A stretch of 64,000 nucleotides of DNA from a virus: positions 9,159-73,158 of the IMG/VR virus record IMGVR_UViG_3300043446_000899. One strand, given 5' to 3'. The notes beneath the pieces are model-generated. The model saw only the letters and a list, made by a program, of their open reading frames with translations. It was not told where the DNA came from and did not search any database. Positions 10,895 to 21,171 of the stretch are shown piece after piece (within the stretch, counting starts at the first letter, position 1; every line of letters starts with the position of its first letter). Made by a program: the position numbers and the translations under genes.

Positions 10895-13594
10895 TTATTT
10901 ATATTTATTTAACCAGCCACCGTTTTCTTGTTGTCTAATGTGACCAGCAGCTCTTCTTTCAGAAAGATGTTCTAGAATGTCTCTTAATTGATCTCTGTTA
11001 AGTTCATTTAAACGAATTCTATCTCTATGCCCTGTAATTGTTTCCATAACATCTCTATCAGGAATAATTCCATGATCTTGAACTTGATTACGAATGATAT
11101 AAGCCATATCAGTTCTATCTTGATTAGCTCTACGTGCCTCCTGTTCTCTATGTCTTTCTAATAACTGTTTACTATTTGTACGTTCTACTGATTGGATTTC
11201 GTTATCTCTTATATCTCTAAGATAATTTTCTTCAAACAGTCTATCTTCTCCTTCTAACTCTTGATCTAAATTATTTAAATTACGTTCATAGTCAGCATGT
11301 ATACTATTTATTCTTTCTTTCTTTAATTTGTTAGCAGCTTTTATATCACTAGGATTAAATTTAGAAAGTGCTTCTAATCCACTCTCTTCATTGAATGCCT
11401 TTAAACCTTTTTTACCAGCCTCTTTTAACATTCCTGTCACCCTAGCATTTGGATTCTTAATAGATATAGCTGTAGGAGTTTCATAGAATCCTGGAAAAAA
11501 TCTATCACCTGTAACATTAGACATTGGGAAATTTAAACCTGTAGCACTATTTAATCTTTCAATAGGTCTATCCATCTCAGGTTTATAGTTTTTAACAAAC
11601 TGATCATAGCTATCTGGTTCTTCCTGTCTAGCATATCTTAACATTTTCATGACAGGATTGTTATCTTCCTCGTATGCAAGCTTTTCTCTAACTAGTCTAT
11701 TTCTTTCTTCAGGAGCAGCATTTTTAATCCTATTCTCCCAATCTAATTGATTGTTCTTAAACTCTAATAGCTCATTACTATATTTTTGTTTTATCTCAGC
11801 AGGAATAGCATCTTCAACACGTTTACCTCTCCAACCAAAGAAGTTAGTAGGTTGCATTTCTCCAGTTCTTACAGGAGTTAAAGTTTTTGCTTCTCTTGTT
11901 GCATTTGTAAAATACAAAGGAGTAGAGTTTATACTCATGTTTAAATCTCCCAACATTGCTCCTGCTGGAGCATTTGCTTTCTCTGCTGCAATTTTAGCAG
12001 CAACTTCTTCAGGAGTCATTTTAAAATATGCATGATGCATCATGTCTCCAGGTAGTTCTTTAGCAGTTGTACCTGAATATATTGCATTTCTTAATCTCTT
12101 ACCTAAAGATGGAATATCTGATGTAGCATTAAATGTTTTCACTCCTTGTTTAACCAATGGAGAAAGTTCTTCACCAATTGCTGTAGCACCTCCAGCTACT
12201 CCATGTACAAAAGGAACAGCTTGTAACAAATCTCCACCAAGTCTTACTCCTGTTGCTAACGAAGGATCTTTTATAAATTCATATCCTGCACTAGGAACAT
12301 CCCCCACTGCATTTATATAACTCATTGGGTTAACTATATTCACAGCATGTTCAAGAGGGTTTAACGCACCCCTATCAAAATGCTCAGGTAATCCTCTTCC
12401 AGCAATAGCATATTGAGCTGCTGTTACAGGATTACTAAGAACTGCCATAGCTTTAGACATAAAAGATCTAGGTGCTTCAGCAGCACTAATCTCTCCTCTA
12501 TTAGCCAAATACTTATTAAGTCTATCTTGTTCTTCAATTTGTGCAACTTCTTTCTGACTTAAATTCTTAGAAGTTGATTTAGTAGTACCAGATTTAACTC
12601 CTGTAGTAATACTTGTTTTAGGATTACTCTCAGTTAATGTAGCAGCAGGTAATCCTCCTCCTTTTTGATATTTATCTGCCCAACCACCTTTTGGATATTC
12701 TGTTACCTTAGTTCCTTCAAATTTATAATCCTTACCAGGTTGCATTAGTTTAGTATCTCCTGTATCAGATATACCAAGTACAGGATAGTCTACACCTTTC
12801 ATTGTAATTTGGTTAGAACCTATTTCTGTTATCTCACCTGGATGAGCCCATTGACCCATGTCATCTTTAATTACAGAACCATTCTTGCTTATAGTTTTAG
12901 GTTTGAAGTCTAATCCATTTTGATAGAATTCCATCTCATGACCATTCTGTGCACTAGCTTTAGTCTTCTTAGTATACTTACCATTAGCAGGAGCAGATCC
13001 AGCTGTACGTGCGTACATGAAGCCTACAGCACCTGGCATACTTCCACCCATTTGTTTTTTCTTAAGAACACCTGTTCCTTTCTTATATCCATTATCTGCA
13101 TACCATGCAGCTTGTTCATCAGTAGGAAACTTTATAAATTGTCCTGTTTTATTAGCATAGTTCCAAGCAGCATTTTTATCATTCTGATTCAAATACTGGA
13201 GCTTTCCGTTAGGCATTTGTACTACTGTAGGATAAGCTTTACCATCTCCTGATTCCATAAAATGAGTAGATGTACCACGTTGTCCAGGTATTTGTATAGA
13301 ACCTGCACTCTGATCAAAATATCTTTGTACAAAGTTTAAGTCACCTTTTCTAGCATTATGAATACTATCTACCCAAGCTGTTCTATCTGTATTCCACAAA
13401 CTACCACCATCTTGAAACTGTCCACCCCATGCAGGAGAATAGTTTCTACCTGTTGTATCATAACCAGCTCCTACAAAACCAGGGCCCACTGATGCTTGTA
13501 CATCATTGACATTAGCTTTTAAGTCATAGTTATCTTTGGTCTTTTTCTTTAAAACCAAACCCCCTTGTTCGTATTTGTCTAACCACTTAGCCAT
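10895..13594 (-). CDS. large virion protein (899 aa), function unknown
   Basis: Long ORF. Its start overlaps the stop of the downstream gene at 13594. Confidence 0.6.
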   Translation of the reverse strand: MAKWLDKYEQGGLVLKKKTKDNYDLKANVNDVQASVGPGFVGAGYDTTGRNYSPAWGGQFQDGGSLWNTDRTAWVDSIHNARKGDLNFVQRYFDQSAGSIQIPGQRGTSTHFMESGDGKAYPTVVQMPNGKLQYLNQNDKNAAWNYANKTGQFIKFPTDEQAAWYADNGYKKGTGVLKKKQMGGSMPGAVGFMYARTAGSAPANGKYTKKTKASAQNGHEMEFYQNGLDFKPKTISKNGSVIKDDMGQWAHPGEITEIGSNQITMKGVDYPVLGISDTGDTKLMQPGKDYKFEGTKVTEYPKGGWADKYQKGGGLPAATLTESNPKTSITTGVKSGTTKSTSKNLSQKEVAQIEEQDRLNKYLANRGEISAAEAPRSFMSKAMAVLSNPVTAAQYAIAGRGLPEHFDRGALNPLEHAVNIVNPMSYINAVGDVPSAGYEFIKDPSLATGVRLGGDLLQAVPFVHGVAGGATAIGEELSPLVKQGVKTFNATSDIPSLGKRLRNAIYSGTTAKELPGDMMHHAYFKMTPEEVAAKIAAEKANAPAGAMLGDLNMSINSTPLYFTNATREAKTLTPVRTGEMQPTNFFGWRGKRVEDAIPAEIKQKYSNELLEFKNNQLDWENRIKNAAPEERNRLVREKLAYEEDNNPVMKMLRYARQEEPDSYDQFVKNYKPEMDRPIERLNSATGLNFPMSNVTGDRFFPGFYETPTAISIKNPNARVTGMLKEAGKKGLKAFNEESGLEALSKFNPSDIKAANKLKKERINSIHADYERNLNNLDQELEGEDRLFEENYLRDIRDNEIQSVERTNSKQLLERHREQEARRANQDRTDMAYIIRNQVQDHGIIPDRDVMETITGHRDRIRLNELNRDQLRDILEHLSERRAAGHIRQQENGGWLNKYK

Positions 13595-14460
13595 TATTTG
13601 TAAGAGATTTGAGATGGTGTAATGATGAATTGAGATACCAAATGAGCTTCTGATGTGTTATCAAGAATATGTCTAACCTTCAACTCTTTTGCTCTTAGTG
13701 GCTCTTTCTTATATGATCTTTTTCCATAATCCATATTAGCTTGATTTACCACTTTATCTATTGATAATGACTCACAGCTCACCTCAAACAAAGGTACGGA
13801 TTTATTTCTAACCAAACTCCAGAAAGTATTATACTGATAGAAATTATCTGACTTAGTGTACATGATAGTTTTACTCTCAGTACCATAGATAGGATATTGT
13901 AAATATGCTTTTAGGTTATTGATTGGTTTTGGTACCAATTCTAATATACCTGTAGATTGTTGACCATTGTACAACACGGCTTTATTAAACCAATGATTGT
14001 CTGTTTCAATCTGAGCGTTATCATTAAACACACCATCTGGAATAGGTAAATACTTATATGCCTTAGTGTAATCTTTTACATTCTGAAGGATTTCATCATA
14101 TGACTGATATGAGAAAGGATACTCAATAATATAAGGTTCTATATTACCATAATAGAAATTATAGATCATTGTATTAGTAAGATGTCTCCACAATGATGCA
14201 GTGTTAATTGGAGTGTATGTCACAGCTGCTATTTCTTCAATAGTCATTTGTGTAATAGCCATCTCTATTACAGTGTGACATTTACCTGTAGATTCTAAAA
14301 CAATCATTTCTACAGAATCAGAAACAGTCACTGAATATCCATCAATGAGATTACTCTTAGATATGTTTGTACCTAAGACTGTTCCCAAGTCATCGTAGAC
14401 ATTGAAAGGTCCTGTTCTGTTTCCAGCTCCTGTTAATTTTATAATTACCGTTTTAGACAT
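13594..14460 (-). CDS. tail fibre/spike-family protein (288 aa) with the shared N-terminal adaptor domain
   Basis: N-terminal ~65 aa (KLTGAGNRTGPFNVYDD...ISKSNLIDGYSVTVSD...IVLESTGKC) aligns with the N-termini of the ORFs at 22594..23232 and 23244..24527. Confidence 0.55.
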   Translation of the reverse strand: MSKTVIIKLTGAGNRTGPFNVYDDLGTVLGTNISKSNLIDGYSVTVSDSVEMIVLESTGKCHTVIEMAITQMTIEEIAAVTYTPINTASLWRHLTNTMIYNFYYGNIEPYIIEYPFSYQSYDEILQNVKDYTKAYKYLPIPDGVFNDNAQIETDNHWFNKAVLYNGQQSTGILELVPKPINNLKAYLQYPIYGTESKTIMYTKSDNFYQYNTFWSLVRNKSVPLFEVSCESLSIDKVVNQANMDYGKRSYKKEPLRAKELKVRHILDNTSEAHLVSQFIITPSQISYK

Positions 14461-14489
14461 CTATATTAAATTTATAATATTCTATTGTA

Positions 14490-17400
14490 TTAAGAAACAT
14501 AAACTGCTGTACCATCCAATGTACAATCCAAAGGAACTGCTGTAGTAGTACTACTTGTAGTTGGAGTAGGAATTTCTTGAATAGCTATTGCATGTAAGTC
14601 ACATCCTTCATTCAATCCACTATAGAAGAAGTTATTCTCAGCTATGTAGAAGTTAGGAATGTAGCTATGGAAACTCACCCAGCTTTGAGTGTTTACACTA
14701 TATGATAAAGTCCAAGACTTATTGCAGAAATATTCTCTATCTGTTAAATCAACAACCTTTCTTAATGTAAGCTGACCATAAGCTTTGTTTATATAATACT
14801 CACCAGTTGTAGCATCATATTGAATAACACCAACATATTGTGGTTGAGGAATATAGTCAAGTTTAGAAATAATAATTCTATCATACTTACTATCATATAC
14901 ACCATGTAAACCACAAGCATTGAAGTGATTATCTGTATCAGCATTAGGATAGTAACGTAAGATTTCAAATGCTAAATGGTCTGTAAAAAACTTGTTAAGT
15001 CCTGAACCAAATGCAGATAAATCTTGTATTTGACCACCTATTCCACCAATAAGAAACACTTGTCCTCTCTTAGCATCAATTGTTATTTGACCGTTAGGAA
15101 TCTTTAATAAGAACTTATTCTGACTTCCTACATATCCAAGATCTGTTTCTGCAAAGTCAATTGGAGGAGCAGATCTAAATAATGAAGGATTGCCTAAATA
15201 AGCAGCTTGAGGATTACTTGTGTTCATTGTTAACAATGTATTGTATAACAATGACTTATTCTCAAAGCGAGCAAGGATAGCTTTGTTCTGAATACCATCA
15301 AGAGATACTAAGTTACCATAGTTTTGAGGGAAATCAAAATATGATATAGGAGCATAGTTTAACCAGCTATTTACTCTAACACTTGGATTATCAGCTTGTG
15401 CCTCAGAATAGATTGCTCTGAATGGGAAGTTGGTATAACATTGATTATCATCCCAATCTACAGGTAGATGTGAGAAGTAATTCTCTTTGTTTTGCTTTGA
15501 GTAAGTTACATTATAAGTGTAAGTGTTATCAAACTGAATAGGAACAACAGATTGTTGTAACCAGTTATCAGGGATACCTGAGCTCACGTGTGGGTAGAAG
15601 TCACCTTCTAAGTTATTAAATGCCTGACGTAAGTCCACATTTATAGAACTCTCCACATAGTAATAAGGAATACCATAAGCAAATAAATACATCTTACCAT
15701 CATATGAGTAAGTTGAATCACTCATTGTTGTACTTCCTGGAGCAGGTGTAGTAGATGTAGTGGTAGTTGTATTTTGAAGAGCTGTGTAATCATTAGGACA
15801 ATCAAAGTAGTGAGCTTTAACTGATATAATGTTTTTCATCAAAGTTGGACCAGCCATGTAATTGCTTAATATTGATCTAGAAGAATACCAGTATTGTGGG
15901 TATGCCACATTACCTAATTCATCATAGAATATATCACTATCATCAGGAGCACCCACTCTATTATCAATAAAGAATGGAAGCTTAGTCTTATATGCAAATC
16001 TACCAATGAATGTATCTCCACCAAATACAGTTTCAACTCCTGCTACATCTGTCAGCTTTTTCTGGAAACCTGTATCAATTGTATTGTAAGAATACATCTG
16101 TCCCCATTGGTTGATGTTTATATTTTTTATAGATCCATAGTAAGAAACCACTTTAATTGGTTCTTGCATTTCTGGAGCACCGCAGTTATTCTTTTGTGAG
16201 ATTGTGAATCTTGAATCATCAGTAATTAAACTGTTTCCAGCAACTACTAATGATGGAGTTTTTTCAGCAAACGGTAATGCACTTATAGTATCTGGTGTTT
16301 TTAAATAAACAGAAGATTCTCTTTGATAGTTATTTACATTATGAATATCTCCTACTGATTGTACACCAGGGATAAGGTATTGATACAAAGAAAGTTCTCT
16401 TTGTTTAACACCTAATCCATTATCAATATTTGCATTATAATCATATTGAGCAACAGAGTTAAATGAATAAGCAAAGTTTCTCTTACTGATACCATTAATG
16501 TATATTTGTAGATATGCTTGGTATGCAGTAAACATTGCTGTTGCATCTAGTGTACCTGTAATCTTAGCAATATTATAACTAGAGTTAAGAGCATCTACTT
16601 GAGCTTGCTTACTAACAAGTTTGTATAATGCGTGCTTTTTAACTTGTACAAAGTGTGCTTTACCTCCTCCAAATACAGCACTTTCTAGTTTAAGAATATT
16701 ACCTAGATAAGGTTGTCCAAAGGAAGTTTCTGGTGAGTTAAAAACCATTCTATATTTAGAACTGTCACCAAATCCATTTAAGTTAACTGGATAGCAATTT
16801 GTATTTTTATTATTAGTTGCCTCTAGTATTGTATATTTATTAGATCCACTCACGTACGCAGGTACGGTTGTAGAGCTTACTGTAAGGGGTGTATTTGGTG
16901 TAACAGTTGTATTAACACTTACTAATGAAACTGGATCAGTGTATGTAAATGCTGTAGATGAACCATATGCAGTTAATGTATAAGCAATTGCAGTGACATT
17001 TGTAAATGTAGCAGCTCCTTTGATTACAAGAGGAACTGTAACAGAACATATAGTAGTCATGCTCAAAGGCATATCAATAGCAACCACCTCACCTGAATAA
17101 CAGTCAGTATATTGTAATGTACCAGCAGTGGTAACAACTACCTTAAATGTTTGACACTGAGAGTTATATGCATTGTTCTGTGCAAGTAAGAATGGGTCAG
17201 TCTTAATGTCATTATAAGGGTAGTTAGGATAATAGTAGTCAGTACCTTCTCTATTGTATGTACCAACGTTTCTTAACATACCTTTTGCTACAATAGACTT
17301 ATTAGTAGATCTATCACCTCTAACAATCTTATATGCAACTATATCAGCTTTTTGTTCAGCTGTTAAATTAGAATTATTAATCAACGATGCTACCTGTTGT

Positions 17401-18983
17401 GTACTTATTTTAACACCAATAGGATATAAAGCATTAGCTGTTTGTAACTCTGGATTAGAATAGTTTGGAGTTTGTGATTCAAATATAGGGCTAACTAATA
17501 CATCTGGAAACTTGTGATGTCTAATAGGTGTACCAGCAAGACTTCCCCAAACAAGTGTGTTACAAGGATATTCTTCTCCAGATTCCCAATACGCAAACTC
17601 ACCATATTGATAAGGTGTAGCGTTTCCAATATTAGGTCCTACAGCAGTTCCTATTACAGATGCTGTGTTGTATATTTTCCAATAAGGAGCAGATGTACCT
17701 TCACCAATGTAGTCATCATTGCTGGACTTATTTACTGTAACTAAGTCATCAGCTGTAGCTTCTCTACCAGGAATGTGGAAACCATCTGTCTGTTTACCGT
17801 TCTTTAATAAGAATACAATCTCAAAGGCATACACCTCATCTCTAAGGTATCCTCTTAAGTTTGTAGCATTCAACTCATCTGCATAGTTCTCTCCAGCAGG
17901 AATCTTATATGTTTGCCATTGAAGATCAATCTTATTAGCAATTTGCTGATAGTTAATCTTATCAATAGATGTAAGCTGGTCCCATACAAGAACATCTTGT
18001 ACAGCAGTTAAGTCTTGTGCAATATCGTAGTATGGAAACTTCTCAAATATATCAGCAGTTGATAAACTAATTGCTGTTTGATTTTGTCCTGTGTAAGTTA
18101 TTTGTTTTGTAGCACTGTCAATAAAATATGTACCAACTAATTGTACAGATGTAATATCATTGATAGTCTTAATAACAGCTAAGTTATAATACTCAAAGTA
18201 TCCTGTTAGATCAATATTGCTTATATCAATTACAATAGACTTACCTACAACATAATCAAAATTAGTTGTGGTAAGTTGAGGATTAGCAATAGGAGTGGGA
18301 TTTGTTACAGAGTAATAAGATGTGTAAGCATCTCCTTGAGCACTACAGTATTGAATAGCAAACTGATACGTACCAGCTTTTAATTCTCCACCATTAATAA
18401 TACTATTAATAGTTAAGTTTGGAATGCTGAAGTTAGGCTGTATCTTTAATTTATTACAGTCAAGTACTGGTATAACTACAGGATCACAGATAACATCATC
18501 TGTAAAAGTTGTAATATAAGGAATGTTTTCAAGGTCTAAATATCTTCTAGGATTAAGACCATCTGTCCAATATATCTCTGTAGTACAGTTTGAAATCTTA
18601 TGTACTACTTTTTGGATAGGGTTATTAATGTTAAAATTTAAACATGCTCCTTCTACATAAGTGTGATAGACACAATCATTATTATTCATGTATCCAATCT
18701 GAGAAGCTCCTGTTTCAGGATTTGTCAAAAAGAATATATGTTGATTCTTTTCTTGGATGAAATGAGTTCCAATAAGATGAAAGTTCTCAGGAAAGTTTAG
18801 ACATAATTCATTACCTGGTTCATTCTGGTAGTTTACAGCAGTAGCATCAAAGTTCTCAATAGAAGCATTTAAAGCATAAGTAAGCTTACCTTTCTCAACC
18901 TGGTTTACAGATGAATCCATATTTAATCCAGTTCTACCTAGATTAAACTCCTGTCTGATATTTCCTTGTTCTTGATCTGCCAT
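14490..18983 (-). CDS. very large tail/baseplate-associated structural protein (1497 aa)
   Basis: 4.5-kb ORF. Internal Thr/Ser-rich linker (TTTTSTTPAPGSTT) and a C-terminal TTSSTTT stretch. Structural arm. Confidence 0.6.
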   Translation of the reverse strand: MADQEQGNIRQEFNLGRTGLNMDSSVNQVEKGKLTYALNASIENFDATAVNYQNEPGNELCLNFPENFHLIGTHFIQEKNQHIFFLTNPETGASQIGYMNNNDCVYHTYVEGACLNFNINNPIQKVVHKISNCTTEIYWTDGLNPRRYLDLENIPYITTFTDDVICDPVVIPVLDCNKLKIQPNFSIPNLTINSIINGGELKAGTYQFAIQYCSAQGDAYTSYYSVTNPTPIANPQLTTTNFDYVVGKSIVIDISNIDLTGYFEYYNLAVIKTINDITSVQLVGTYFIDSATKQITYTGQNQTAISLSTADIFEKFPYYDIAQDLTAVQDVLVWDQLTSIDKINYQQIANKIDLQWQTYKIPAGENYADELNATNLRGYLRDEVYAFEIVFLLKNGKQTDGFHIPGREATADDLVTVNKSSNDDYIGEGTSAPYWKIYNTASVIGTAVGPNIGNATPYQYGEFAYWESGEEYPCNTLVWGSLAGTPIRHHKFPDVLVSPIFESQTPNYSNPELQTANALYPIGVKISTQQVASLINNSNLTAEQKADIVAYKIVRGDRSTNKSIVAKGMLRNVGTYNREGTDYYYPNYPYNDIKTDPFLLAQNNAYNSQCQTFKVVVTTAGTLQYTDCYSGEVVAIDMPLSMTTICSVTVPLVIKGAATFTNVTAIAYTLTAYGSSTAFTYTDPVSLVSVNTTVTPNTPLTVSSTTVPAYVSGSNKYTILEATNNKNTNCYPVNLNGFGDSSKYRMVFNSPETSFGQPYLGNILKLESAVFGGGKAHFVQVKKHALYKLVSKQAQVDALNSSYNIAKITGTLDATAMFTAYQAYLQIYINGISKRNFAYSFNSVAQYDYNANIDNGLGVKQRELSLYQYLIPGVQSVGDIHNVNNYQRESSVYLKTPDTISALPFAEKTPSLVVAGNSLITDDSRFTISQKNNCGAPEMQEPIKVVSYYGSIKNININQWGQMYSYNTIDTGFQKKLTDVAGVETVFGGDTFIGRFAYKTKLPFFIDNRVGAPDDSDIFYDELGNVAYPQYWYSSRSILSNYMAGPTLMKNIISVKAHYFDCPNDYTALQNTTTTTSTTPAPGSTTMSDSTYSYDGKMYLFAYGIPYYYVESSINVDLRQAFNNLEGDFYPHVSSGIPDNWLQQSVVPIQFDNTYTYNVTYSKQNKENYFSHLPVDWDDNQCYTNFPFRAIYSEAQADNPSVRVNSWLNYAPISYFDFPQNYGNLVSLDGIQNKAILARFENKSLLYNTLLTMNTSNPQAAYLGNPSLFRSAPPIDFAETDLGYVGSQNKFLLKIPNGQITIDAKRGQVFLIGGIGGQIQDLSAFGSGLNKFFTDHLAFEILRYYPNADTDNHFNACGLHGVYDSKYDRIIISKLDYIPQPQYVGVIQYDATTGEYYINKAYGQLTLRKVVDLTDREYFCNKSWTLSYSVNTQSWVSFHSYIPNFYIAENNFFYSGLNEGCDLHAIAIQEIPTPTTSSTTTAVPLDCTLDGTAVYVS

Positions 18984-18988
18984 GATTA

Positions 18989-19957
18989 TTAATTATTTCT
19001 TCTCCAGCCGTATCTATAACTTCTGTTTGGTAATTCGTACATATTGAACCTGTTAAGGTCATTCTTAATCCTTCTCTGCTTTTCCCAAGGAGTTTGTTTT
19101 TTGATTTCAATATCTGCCATGATAAATGCTTCATCAGCTAACTGCTTGTAGTAAGCAAGTTTCTGTTGTATCTGCTGGAAAGTTTCATCATTGATTTGGT
19201 TAGATAGTGTTTCAAATACTTTGTACTTGATAAACGCTTCTATAAATTCTCTAACACGGTAGTTATCAGGGATTAACTGATTACCAATAGCATCATACTC
19301 TGTAGCATAAAATAGCAAGTGCACAATACCATTTCTAAAGTTAGTAACAAACTTATTGTCTCTGATATCAAAGCTATCATAGCTAGCTGAACCAGGAGTA
19401 AATTCATGTACTGTTGGAGGTGGAGAATAAAACTCCCAAGCATTACTATATTCAACCTCACAGTTCTGTCTAGCAGAAATGTTACCTGGTCTTAATAAGT
19501 ATTCATGTCTATAAGATCTAGCTACCTGCTGATTGGTTTTGTATACAGCTTGTATAATCTCAGGCATACAACTAGGGCATCCTGTTGTACATTGAGGATT
19601 AGTACAAGGTAAACCACCACTTGTAACAGGGGCTACTTGTATTGTTGTTTGTGATGCAGCTTGAGAATAGAATGAGTTAGCTGATTGGTATGGATATCCA
19701 GGAACCTCAGTACACATCCAAGCTTCTCTTGCAGCATAGAAGTTATCAGGAAGTCTGCATTCAAAGTCTTGAATCTCCAGAATCTCTTCACTAATAACCA
19801 AAGTGGTCCTACCTAACTTTCTAAGACACTTGTCTAAGTAAGTAGGGAAAAGCAAATCATCCACAGCTCCTGTGTCAAAATAGCTTTTTAACTCCTCTTT
19901 GACAGTTGAGTAAACTGGCTCAGGAGATACAAATCTGTATTTGTAATAGTATGACAT
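18989..19957 (-). CDS. hypothetical structural protein (322 aa)
   Basis: ORF tightly packed in the structural arm. Confidence 0.5.
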   Translation of the reverse strand: MSYYYKYRFVSPEPVYSTVKEELKSYFDTGAVDDLLFPTYLDKCLRKLGRTTLVISEEILEIQDFECRLPDNFYAAREAWMCTEVPGYPYQSANSFYSQAASQTTIQVAPVTSGGLPCTNPQCTTGCPSCMPEIIQAVYKTNQQVARSYRHEYLLRPGNISARQNCEVEYSNAWEFYSPPPTVHEFTPGSASYDSFDIRDNKFVTNFRNGIVHLLFYATEYDAIGNQLIPDNYRVREFIEAFIKYKVFETLSNQINDETFQQIQQKLAYYKQLADEAFIMADIEIKKQTPWEKQRRIKNDLNRFNMYELPNRSYRYGWRRNN

Positions 19958-19960
19958 AAT

Positions 19961-20437
19961 TTATTTTTTCCACTCACGATAGATATGTTGATACGTATCG
20001 TTTGTTTTTATATAATGTGAGAGTAATCTTGATGTAACTCTAGAAGGTTTGAAATACCACAAGTCTACATTTCTTAGCCTGGCAGTTTCTTTGAACCATA
20101 TCCAACCAAAAAAATAACCTTCTGTGTGGTAATTAAAATTGTATATAATTTTCCCTCTTTCTTTAGACTTCTTCCAGTCTACTGGTAAGTTAACGTATTC
20201 CTTACCATTGATATCTTTTACCTTCTTTCTTTTCTTCTTATTGATAGAGAACTCACCAAACCCAAAAGGGAGCTTAGCTTTCTCACCAGTTTCTAATATG
20301 TAACTTTTAAAGTTCTCATTATACTGATATATAATGTTTCTCCACTCATCAAATGTAATTTTAATTGTGGGATGTTTCTTGCAAAAGTTATTGTAGTTTT
20401 CTTTACTGGAGCTTCTCCAATCAATCTTTGTCCTCAT
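19961..20437 (-). CDS. hypothetical protein (158 aa)
   Basis: Stop/start coupled with its neighbours. Confidence 0.45.
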   Translation of the reverse strand: MRTKIDWRSSSKENYNNFCKKHPTIKITFDEWRNIIYQYNENFKSYILETGEKAKLPFGFGEFSINKKKRKKVKDINGKEYVNLPVDWKKSKERGKIIYNFNYHTEGYFFGWIWFKETARLRNVDLWYFKPSRVTSRLLSHYIKTNDTYQHIYREWKK

Positions 20438-21171
20438 TACTGCGTTGGTTGTGCATTAGGAGCTTGTCCATCAACACCGTTATCTGTCATATCCGTTTTG
20501 ATATTGAAATATGTAGATAATAATTTTTGGGATGTAAGCTCTAACACTTGTTTTTCAAGGTATCCTGGACAAGCATATTCTTTGTCCAAAGGATTCTTAC
20601 AATATTCCTCATTGGTTACTTCAGGGCTAGAACCACAACCACACTCTGGATATGCAATCTCATTAGGTATATCTTCTTCAAAGAATGCTGATATCCTAAC
20701 TGATTTTAAATTTGGATTACTCAAATATAAGTAACCTCCATTTGCTATCCAATAGTAAGTTTGATTTTTTATAATAGGAAGTTTCAATAGATTTAAATAT
20801 CTATTGATTGTAATTTCTTTAAATTTAGTTCCTTGTCCACCCATAGCATTTATGGAGTAGACACCTTGAATTAAATATTGGTAATTTCCTTCTGTGATTC
20901 TAGGAAGTTTGTATTTGCTTCTAGAAACAGTACATGGATCTACGTAGTTGCAACATTCAGAAATAGGAACTTCAACCATTTCCAAACATTGGATGGTATC
21001 AAAGACAGTATCAGTAGCCCAAAGCTTTCTGAGATTTGTCTCACGTTTAACTAATAACTGTGTGTTGTTTCTAATCTCTGATGCAATAACCCTATCTGTA
21101 ATAAGGTTATCCGTGGATATAAGCTTATGCATTCCACGCACATCTGAAACTAACTTACGTAATGTTGCCAT
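20437..21171 (-). CDS. hypothetical Cys-containing structural protein (244 aa)
   Basis: Start/stop overlap (ATGA-type coupling) with the flanking genes. Confidence 0.5.
   Translation of the reverse strand: MATLRKLVSDVRGMHKLISTDNLITDRVIASEIRNNTQLLVKRETNLRKLWATDTVFDTIQCLEMVEVPISECCNYVDPCTVSRSKYKLPRITEGNYQYLIQGVYSINAMGGQGTKFKEITINRYLNLLKLPIIKNQTYYWIANGGYLYLSNPNLKSVRISAFFEEDIPNEIAYPECGCGSSPEVTNEEYCKNPLDKEYACPGYLEKQVLELTSQKLLSTYFNIKTDMTDNGVDGQAPNAQPTQ

Noticed and set aside
1-18983. Virion-packaged multisubunit RNA polymerase as in crAss-like phages (DxDGD catalytic motif in the giant proteins)
   Set aside because: No DxDGD or NADFDGD-like motif was seen in the parts of the giant ORFs I translated. 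Not all were translated exhaustively, so this is unconfirmed and not excluded.
6378-19461. Short opposite-strand or alternate-frame ORFs inside large structural genes (e.g. 6378..6572, 8329..8517, 9512..9697, 11751..12320, 12920..13252, 17254..17744, 19273..19461)
   Set aside because: All lie entirely within long, better-supported ORFs. Their composition is hydrophobic or random. No independent start signals.
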